Shown piece by piece: positions 54,913-64,000 of a stretch of DNA of 64,000 bases. Location: positions 124,001-188,000 of the forward strand of contig NW_025767399.1 in assembly GCF_003918875.1 (NCBI RefSeq). The letters run 5' to 3'. The translations under genes and the position numbers were made by a program. Each line of letters starts with the position of its first letter. Position 1 is the stretch's first letter. A model generated the notes under the pieces. That model searched no databases. It saw nothing but the letters and a program-made list of their open reading frames with translations, and had not been told where the DNA came from. The stretch comes from Haliotis rubra. Its lineage: Eukaryota.

Positions 54913-55826
54913 AGGTCAAAGGGAGACCACTCTATGTGATGAATGGGAGAGAACTCAACCGCACTCTGCATCAAAGTTTTCGTTGGTGGTCAAAGGGAGA
55001 CAACTCAACCTTGCCCCATTTGTGTTTATGGTCAAAGGGAGACAACTCAATCAAACTCATAGCGTCACGTTTTCGTTTGTGGTCAAAGGGAGATAACTCA
55101 ATCGAATTGATGTTAATATTTCGGTTTGTGGTCAAAGGGAGGCAACTCAACCTCGCCCGTATATGTGTTGATGGTCAAAGGGAGACAACTCAATCAAACT
55201 CACATCGTCACGGTTTCGTTTGTGGTCAAAGCGAGATAACTCAACCCTGCCCCATTTGTGTTTATGGTCAAAGGGAGACAACTAAATCAAACTCATAGCG
55301 TCACGTTTTCGTTTGTGGTCAAAGGGAGATAACTCAATCGATCTTATAGTATCAACGTTGTCGTTGGTGGTCAAAGGGAGACAACTCAAACGAATTCATG
55401 TCAATATTTCGTTTTGTGGTCAAAGGGAGGCAACTAAACATTGTCCCCGCGTTTGTGTTCATAGTCAAAGGGAGACAACTCAATCGAACTAATGGCATGA
55501 ACAGTTTTGTTGGTGGTCAAAGGGAGACAACTGAAACAAGTTAAATACTATCACTATTTCGCTCTGTGGTCAAGGGAGACAACTCAAACGAATTGATGTC
55601 AATATTTCGTTTTGTGGTCAAAGGGAGGCAACTCAACCTCGTCCGCATATGTGTTTATGGTCAAAGGGAGACAACTCAATCAAACTCATAGCGTCACGTT
55701 TTCGTTTGTGGTCAAAGGGAGATAACTCAATCGAACTCATAGCATCAACGTCTTTTTTGGTGGTCAAAGGGAGGCAACTCAACCGCGTCCATCTTTTGTG
55801 ATAATGGTCTTAGGGAAATAATTCAT
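54913..55826 (+). repeat. Complex repeat-spacer array: 19 conserved ~22-bp cores TGGTCAAAGGGAG[AC/AT/GC]AACTCAA with variable 20-31 bp spacers (CRISPR-like appearance, not CRISPR)
   Basis: Cores start at 54914, 54988, 55030, 55081, 55130, 55173, 55224, 55266, 55317, 55369, 55418, 55463, 55515, 55568, 55616, 55659, 55710, 55762 and 55806. Confidence 0.92.
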
Positions 55827-57038
55827 TCAGCATAGCGTGCTAGAGTTCTGTCCCTTGTTTGAAGTACAATTTAGACTCAGTGCACATGTCCAATCTTTAC
55901 AGTGTTCCGTTCTTCAGACAAGGGGGATAACAGCTCGCAATATTGCTTATCTCCCTTTGTATGAAACCTGTATGGAGCTTGTCTCAGGGGGAACAACTCT
56001 TGAAGGCTTAATTCCCTTAGACTGGTTCCTGCATCATTCGGTTTGGTGTCGATGCTCACCTTTCCGTGTCTAGACTGGTTTGCCTGCTCAATTGCGCTTC
56101 TACTTTACGCTGCCAGTCTCTACCAAGTTTATCGCAGGAACGACCGGGACCCACTTTATACCGCCTTTGACTTGAAATGCCAAACCTTGTGTAGAGTTTA
56201 AATGACAGACACTGTGAGGAACTTTAGCAAGGGACTTAACTCTTGTTTTGCCTCTGACATGATTACCTCCCTTTGACCACTCGCAATTTCATTTCACGTT
56301 CCTCTAATGGTAGGCTTATGTACAATGTACGTGTATGTCTTCCATAATACGTTTGGACCTAGATCTAATTAGTGTACACTATTAAAATATTGTTTTAATA
56401 GAGTTGAACAATTAATATGGAATGGTTAAGCGAAGGACGATCGGAACTTGACATGTTACTGTTCACTCTAATAGGCGAAAGACTGAGCCACGACCAAATT
56501 TTCATGTAGTACTCGTATCAGTAAAGGCCAAATATTATTACTTGTAGGGATCCCCATAAACATGTTTGTCGCACAAGGAACGCAAATCGATCGATTTGTC
56601 ACCGTCATCGTACTTCAACGTGAGATGTTCCTCATAAGAACAATCACTAGTCTTGTTTGTCTGAAACAAGGACGGTTACCCGCAGGCTCCACAAACAAAT
56701 AACAAAGCCTTCACAGCATTGCGGTTGTTTTAAGGTCGAGAAAAGTATGAGCTAGCACAAAATGTACAGAAAAACTTATATGACATGCCAGAGATGAACT
56801 TGGAAAACGAACAGCTCTCTCAGCTCATAAAATGTTAAGGGTTTTTTGGGTCTAAAGTGATCCTCTCTCGATAGATCGTGGATTTGTTACTCCTTTATAC
56901 TCCGTTTGACTTCATTTGAGAAACTAACACACAATCTAATAATTACAACAAAACCAAATAACAGCCAGGTAAAAAACATACGTGTGAAGTAAAATTTCAA
57001 TTTCACACGCGCAACTCGCACAGCTGGCTGTTCTACCA

Positions 57039-57200
57039 GAAAGAGGCGACTTACGGGTCTTGGTTGACACATGTCATTGTATCCCTGTAGCGTAGATCGA
57101 TGCGCATTCTGTTGATCACTAGAATGTCTGGTCCAGACTCGATTATTTACAGACCGCCGCCATATAGCTGGAATATGGCTGAGTGCGGCGTTAAACAATA
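57039..57200 (+). mobile_element. SINE family A, partial
   Basis: AAGAGGCGAC...TGTCTGGTCCAGACTCGATTATTTACAGACCGCCGCCATATAGCTGGAATAT. Confidence 0.8.
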
Positions 57201-57459
57201 CACGAAGAAACATACATACATGAGAGAAACGTGCAAGGAGGAGATGAGAAACCGTACTCTTCATACGAGCATCAGTTTGTATTTCAACATTTTGATCGAT
57301 TACCATTGATATGAATGTGTCAAAGATTACAGAAATAGCATATTTCACGATGTAAGTATTCGTGATGTATTTGTCAGTTTCAAATCATTGAAAGAACCCT
57401 TACGTAAGTCAAACTTCTCATGACATCCTCTTCCTTCCCTGTCACCTGCCCTCAACACT

Positions 57460-57626
57460 CAGTGAGTGAGTGAGTATAGTTTTACGCCGCTTTTATCAAT
57501 ATGCCAGCAATATCGAGGCGGGGGACACCAGAAATGGGCTTCACATATTGTGCCCATGTGGGGAATCGAACCCGTGTCTTCGGCGTGACGAGCCAACGTT
57601 TTAACCACTAGGCTACCCCACCGCCC
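57460..57626 (-). mobile_element. tRNA-derived SINE family B
   Basis: Full A/B boxes and tail. Confidence 0.88.
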
Positions 57627-58567
57627 CACCAAAACTCAGACAACAGGTGTGATCACATTGATGGCGTAGTGACTCACAACAGTTGTGTGTATTCTTAAGT
57701 TGTTTCATTGTTACTCTGGTAAGGAGAGGACGTGACTTCTAAATAAAATGCATTTAAGGATAAAGTGAACAATAACGCTGGCAGGGTATGGTTTGGGGGA
57801 GAGGTGGTTGTTGCTATACATATTCCTGTCACACTTCCACTGGCATGTCAGTGATAAGTGGTAAGAATCTTTACTTGTTAAAATTCCAAGCAATTATAAC
57901 TCTGCGGATTTGTATATTCTCTGAAATGAAGAAAGTCTCTCTCTGGGCTCCCTTTTGTTTTAGTTTATTAATATACTTCAGGAAACGTTTTTTCTGTAGT
58001 ATATGTTCATTTCCGAGACTAGATGTTAGTCTACCTCAACCCCTGTCTGACCTCTGCCTACTCCCATTATTACTGCCATTATTGCTGTTCATCAACAACC
58101 ATCCCTCCTTAACGACAAACCCTAATCCACAAAGACTGGGCTCGTTCTCGTCTACCGGCATGCGATGGTTGAATGCAGCGAGGCGGCTGCCAAACAACAG
58201 AAGTATCAACTTAATGCCTCATCTGAATTGCCACCCTCACTCCACGCTTTGAGTCTAAACACTAATATTCTCTAACCTGCATTCCCCTGCACAAAACATT
58301 CCTCTTTCCTCTACACAATCTACACCAAGTTCACGTTGGCTAGCTGCTGCTCGGTAACGCCTAATTCCTGCTGTGAGAGCTTTCAATCAGTCACATCCGG
58401 GCCCTATTATCCATTCCTGCGTTCATTTCACACATTCTCCACAACCAGTGCCTCCCAGGACACGCCAGTCGTGGAAACACCCCTACACTTATTGTCAGGA
58501 ATATGCACCTCTCTATACACATACACACATTATCTCTGAACTGTTGTACTTTCTGGTGTGATATATA

Positions 58568-60095
58568 TACTGAATCAAAAAAAAAACTTCACAAAATGTA
58601 ATTTGAAAAATAATGAATAATTTTTCTCTGATGATACATCTATGTATCCGAAATGGGATCCCTATCTTTCGACTCTAGAAAAACGTTAGCAAAACCCACT
58701 CAAACCCATCCCTTCGTCGTGCAAATGACGTTAGTGCCAAATCAGGTTTTGCACGTGCAGTCGATCACGTGATCTTCGCATCGAAGTTTTCTTCATATGC
58801 ACGTGTTTGCATTGGCCTCAAGAATTGAAAAAACACTTTTAAACCACAGTTCTAACGGTACTTGAAATGCCACGATTGTCAAATGTGCAACGTGAACGTG
58901 CCCTTGGCATGTTGCAAGCGGGAAGATCAGTTATTGACATCGCAAGAGCAATGGGATGCAGCCGTCGTACTGTGTATGACTTGCGAGGTCGTCTACAACA
59001 AACTGGCATCACTTCTGATCGCCCAAGGTCGGGTCGTCCACGTGTGACGTCACGAGCAGAAGACCGTCAAATCGTCCTACGTCACCTATGTGACAGATTT
59101 CTGCCGGCTACACGAACCAGTGTTGAGATGTTTAGAGGTCGGCTGTCCTCACAGACCATTCGAAATCGGTTGCGGGCTGCCAATCTCCATTCTCGACGTC
59201 CATATCGTGGACCAATATTGACGCCGTTTCATCAACGTCAACGTCTGCTGTGGGCCCAACGTCACCTCCGATGGACCCAGAGAGACTGGAATCGAGTCGT
59301 CTTTAGCGATGCAGGTTTACCCTCAGATTCGCGGACGGCAGACATAGAGTCTGGAGACGACGTCCTGAACGGTATGCCCAATGTTGTGTACAGGAAGTCG
59401 ACAGATTCGGTGGCGAGAGTTGCATGGTGTGGGATGCTTTCTGTGGGAACAACCGTTCCCGACTTCTGGTCATCCGTGGAAACCTCACAGCTGCTGCTTA
59501 CCGCGACCAGGTGCTCACCCCTGAACTCGTTCCTTTCATGGCGGCACATGGCCCAGGTCTACAGTTCCAGCATGATAATGCTCGGCCGCATACCGCGATG
59601 TTGACACGAAATTTCCTTCAAAACGCTGGAATCAACGTCATGGACTGGCCATCGAGGTCCCCTGACCTTAATCCAATAGAGCACGTTTGGGATGCACTTG
59701 GGAGAAGGCTTCGTGGTCTTAGGAACCAACCTCAGAATTTGCAGGAACTTGGGGCTGCCTTGCAAGAGCAATGGCGCAGAATCCCCAACTACGTGTTCAC
59801 AAGCATCAGGCAGTCGATGAGGAGACGGTGTTTGGCAGTGGTGAATGCGCGGGGCGGCCATACACGATACTGAACTGAGAAATTTCGCATTTTTATTCTT
59901 GTGACTTGACATTCTGTATACCCATGTTTTGGAACAGCGGTGTAGCCTAATGGAATTGATTATGGCACTGTCAGTGTATCGAGTACATCACACAGATCTC
60001 AGCAATGAAATAATAACAATTTAACCATCTTACCATCTCTTGTTCTTTTATAGTGCCCTGAAGAAAGAATGTGAAGTTTCTTTTTTGACTCAGTA
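58568..60095 (+). mobile_element. Tc1 (DD34E) transposon, near-intact; transposase 58867-59873 with one frameshift at ~59311
   Basis: TIRs TACTGAATCAAAAAAAAAACTTCACA / TGTGAAGTTTCTTTTTTGACTCAGTA in TA context. HTH, PRSGRPRVTS, VVFSD, QHDNARPH, SPDLNPIEHVW and ARGGHTRY*. Confidence 0.95.
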
Positions 60096-60129
60096 TATAT
60101 AAGTAGACGATAGTATCTCTCCACCCCGT

Positions 60130-60490
60130 CTTCAGTAACCATGCTTGTCGTAAGAGGTGACGAACGGTATCGGGTGATCAGGCTCGCCGACTTGGTTGAC
60201 ACATGTCATCGTATCCCAATTGCACAGAACAATGCTCACGATGTTGATCATTGGATTGTCTGTTCCAGACTCGATTACTTTCAGACAGCCGCCATACAGC
60301 TGGAATATTGCTGAGTGCGGCGTAAAACAACAAACAAACAAAACATCCCCGCTCCGATTGTGTACGTGACGTCATCATTCTTTTACACAGATCCTACTGT
60401 TGGATTGTCTGGTCCAGAGTCGATTATTTACAGACCGCCGCCATGAAGATGGAATATTGCAGAGTGTGGTGTTGTACGACGCACTCAACA
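60130..60490 (+). mobile_element. SINE family A copy (60130-60343) plus 3' fragment (60396-60490)
   Basis: Match family A. Confidence 0.8.
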
Positions 60491-61194
60491 AAGGTCTTAG
60501 TTTCCGGTACACATTACGCTACCCATAAGTAACTGGGTATGGACTGGATAATCCAGCGACCGAGAGGATGATGATCGATCCACGTAATCAATCAATTTAC
60601 AAAGCCCGAACACCCTATAGAGTAGATAACCTTGAAACACTTGTAACCTGTTCCAACCCAGGAACTCGACAGGATTGATATGAAACGATAACCGGATATT
60701 GATGACTATGGAGTCTTGTTTGTCGGTCAAAGTCAGTTTGCGTAAAGTTTGTTGTTTCACGCCGCAATCAGCAAGCCGTCAACAATCCACTATGGACCAC
60801 ACAGACCAGTGAGTGATATTACCAGCAACTTCACACTCTAACATACATGTCACAGACCATGTCTGCTGCAGTGTCCCCGTGTTGAGGGTTGTCTAAACGC
60901 GGTGTTTATGCCTCCCCTACCAATACTCCTACAACATCACGACGAGTACACAGTAAATGAGCTTCACACGTTGTATCCTTGTTGGGAAATAAACCCGGAC
61001 CTTCGGCGTGAGAGCCAGAGCTTCAACCACTGGCCTCCTGCTGATATGGAGACTATACTACAGATGCTGATGCGCAGAATTTACTGGACGTTTGTCATCA
61101 TGAATCTGTTTCGATATTTCAGACCCCAGGCGTCGATGTGATGGTGGGTTCAGTTGGAATATGAGTGCGATTGGCGACAGCTTCTCAGTACTCT

Positions 61195-61510
61195 TGGTAA
61201 ACCACATAGGCATTGGTAAACCACATAGGCAGTGGTAAACCACATAGGCATTGGTAAACCATATAGGCATTGGTAAACCACATGACAGTGGTAAACCACA
61301 TAGGCAGTGGTAAACCACATAGGCAGTGGTAAACCAAATAGGCAGTGGTAAACCACTTAGGCAGTGGTAAACCACATAGGCATTGGTAAACCACATAGGC
61401 AGTGGTAAACCACATAGGCATTGGTAAACCACATAGGTATTGGTAAACCACATAGGCATTGGTAAACCACACAGGCATTGGTAAACCACATAGGCATTGG
61501 TAAATCACAT
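61195..61510. repeat. 19-bp minisatellite TGGTAAACCACATAGGCA[T/G], ~16 copies
   Basis: Directly visible; it generates the spurious repetitive ORFs at 61058-61508. Confidence 0.95.
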
Positions 61511-61810
61511 AGAGACATGTTTGATACGTTACGCTGTATCAGCAGCTTGTATTGCTTTGTAACTCGCTGTTGTGTTCATGTGGTTATGTGAGAGCGAGGA
61601 GAGCCTTGGTGAACCTACTGTGAAGGTTCATCCTGCTAGAAGCAGACCTGGTATGTGTACACTTTCAGACTGTCACTGCCTCTACGGCAGTAGGTGCTAT
61701 TAATTCAGTCCACTCTGCTAACCAACCGATCGTGTAAATCCATAGGCCTACTACTCTCACGGGACACGCCGACGTACACGTGCTAATATACTCACCTTCT
61801 CAAGTTGAGG

Positions 61811-62082
61811 ACCCGTGAAGAACCGGGGTAGAATAGGTCTTCAGCAACCCATGCTTGCCACAAAAGGCGACTATGCTTGTCGTAAAAGGCGACTAACGGG
61901 ATCGGGTGGTCAGGCTCGCTGACGTGGTTGACACATGTCATCGGTTCCCAATTGTGCAGATCGATGTTCATGCTGTTGATCACTGGATTGTCTGGTCCAG
62001 ACTCGATTATTTACAGACCGCCGCCATATAGCTGGAATATTGCTGAGTGCGGGGTAAGACTAAACTCACTCACTCACTCACT
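61811..62082 (+). mobile_element. SINE family A, full length with a duplicated internal hairpin
   Basis: ACCCGTGAAG start, (ACTC)n tail, flanking AGTTGAGG repeats. Confidence 0.88.
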
Positions 62083-63365
62083 CTCCAGTTGAGGTACAGG
62101 TAAACAGAGCAGTTTATATGTCTTTTATCCATTCTAACATTGAGTCTAGACCAGACCGACCAGTGATTCACATCATAAGCATCCATCGTTGACATGAATA
62201 AGCCAGTCGATTAGTCGCCTTGAACAACGAGGACAATCGCCTTTTTTCGGCTTACAAGTGACAAGAGACGCAAGTCCAATACCACATTCGTAAAAGCACA
62301 AGCACGGATATGGTTCTGTCAAAGCAATAGAGATAAAGATCGAAACAACGAACGAAGAGAGCTTGGTTTATTTGAACGGTGTGGAACAGAGAGTGCTTGG
62401 TCTGTTTAGTACAGTGTTAAGGGGAAAGTGTTGGGTAAAAATAATGAACGATTTGGAGCTGAGAGTGCTGGTTCAATTCGTACGTTGTGAAATGTAAGAC
62501 AGCGCAGTGTTTATTTGACTTAATCTGATTCAAGTGAACATGCGAGCCGAGCCTCAACCTTGAGTCAGGAATCAACAAAACAATAAAAGTTATCCTACAT
62601 AGGCAGGCATCTCCGTTTACCGGCATGTGATATACAGACACGAAGGTTAACTATCAGCTTATATTCCGATAGCTCTGATGTTTATTCTGTATTTAGAGAC
62701 CAAGAGCTATAACGTATATCTTAGCATGAACCGGTCACTGCATCGACCACCGCGCCCACGTGTGACATTTTCCAGCACGTCACAGAAGACTGTTGATTTC
62801 CCCGTCACTTATCACAAAACACGAACACTTAACACATTGATATCACATTACAATTCTTCCATCTTCGAGAATACAATAGCATCACTAATACTTCGACATT
62901 GGTTAAACTGAACAAGTCACGAAGCAGCCAGGTTCTCGGCGGGCTCGTTTCCGCGAACACTCCATGGCAGGAAGTGGCTGAAACAGATGATACGGTTAAA
63001 CGCTACCGATGACCAGGAACATCGATAGATCGATGCATCGCCATTGTTCAGGGTGACGTCAAACGGAATAAATCGATGACAAACCTAGACAAACAGTTGA
63101 CATTAAAACTAAACAACGGTTTATTTCCTTAACCTGGAACTAAGTCAGATCCTTACCGACAACCTCGTGTGAAGTGAGTAATGAGATTTGAGGGATTTCT
63201 CCGATTGGTTGATTGTCTAATTTTCTGGACAATGTTTTCATAGTGTCAGTGTAATACTTTCAGAATGCCAATTTCTGACAATAACGTCATCATGATGGTT
63301 TAAATCAGAACGTGTCATAATCAGAGTTCACTCCCGCCCTGTATGGTAGGACATTATTCAAAATA

Positions 63366-64000
63366 TACTCTTCAAAACAAGAAACTTGACATAAGACAAA
63401 TTTGAATTTTAGGAAAATATTTGACACAAACCAATCGATGCTGAATCCCAGCATGTGGGGAAATGGTTGCCGACGACAAAACGTATGAAACAAGAACGTA
63501 ACTTTACACTCACGTCTGTAGTGAATCGCTAAAACGCACCCTACATGAAATGCACGAGCATCATGAAATTGTTTATCACCCTAAGCTGCAGCCTATGACT
63601 GTAGGCTTTAAAAAAGCCACATCAATGGTACTCCACATGCATTGCTTTAAGCCACTATAGACGACAATAGAATGAAAAGACTGACAGAAGCTCAACGACA
63701 CAAGCCATCGGCCGTTTACAAGGACGGACATCGCAGCATGATGTGGCAAGGCACTTCAGTGTGTCCATACAGACCATCTCAAACCTATGGACCCGATACT
63801 AAAATACAGGGAGTGTTAATGACAGACCCAGGTCAGGTCGACCTGGAGTTACCTACGCCGCCCAGGATCGCTACACCTGGTTGAGACTTTTTCGTTCAAA
63901 CACCACGGCCGCATCGTCCACAACAATCCAAATAGCTGGACTGCTCCTAATCTCCGACCAGACAGTGCTCAATATTGGCTATGGAAAGCCAGACTTTTTG
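63366..64000 (+). mobile_element. Decayed Tc1-like transposon running off the right edge
   Basis: TA+TACTCTTCAAAACAAGAAAC TIR-like start. MKRLTEAQRHK.IGRLQ...DVARHFSVSIQTI...TGSVNDRPRSGRPGVT across frameshifts. Confidence 0.8.

Noticed and set aside
54873-55298. 141-aa ORF with WSKGDNS repeats
   Set aside because: Translation of the array; unit lengths are often not multiples of 3, so frames shift.
54913-55826. Bona fide CRISPR array
   Set aside because: Context is spliced eukaryotic genes with no cas genes. Spacers recur in classes and are related to each other, and the repeat is not palindromic.
58020-58540. Old LINE reverse transcriptase relic (LLFINNHP...)
   Set aside because: C-rich and suggestive, but too degenerate to call without a search.
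61058-61508. Cys-rich repetitive ORFs
   Set aside because: Translation of the 19-bp minisatellite.

Overview
Eukaryotic, AT-rich, repeat-dense animal genomic DNA. It is most likely a gastropod mollusc, possibly abalone, inferred from the SINE families, so the taxon is tentative. It is not prokaryotic. Spliced genes reconstructed by hand: the first 4 coding exons of NDUFS2 (minus strand, continuing off the left edge); a tandem cluster of fuseless-like multi-TM genes (2 apparently open copies, 1 frameshifted copy, 3 fragments) partly within a ~7-8 kb tandem duplication; a complete sterol C5-desaturase SC5D (minus); and a complete ATP synthase subunit g ATP5MG (plus), head-to-head with SC5D. The rest is five decayed Tc1-type transposons, many MITEs, four SINE families (including a 5S-headed one), LINE, MULE and DIRS relics, and minisatellites. 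The most unusual signal is a CRISPR-looking array at ~54.9-55.8 kb. It has 19 conserved TGGTCAAAGGGAGACAACTCAA cores separated by variable, class-structured spacers, with periods of ~42-45 or ~48-53 bp. It lies beside a 21-bp perfect hairpin, a promoter-like segment and a transposase fragment. Its AAGGG-N4-AACTC core recurs in an unrelated minisatellite and upstream of ATP5MG. A pseudoknot-capable head on a SINE lacking a tRNA head, and a Penelope-type hammerhead relic, are also noted.
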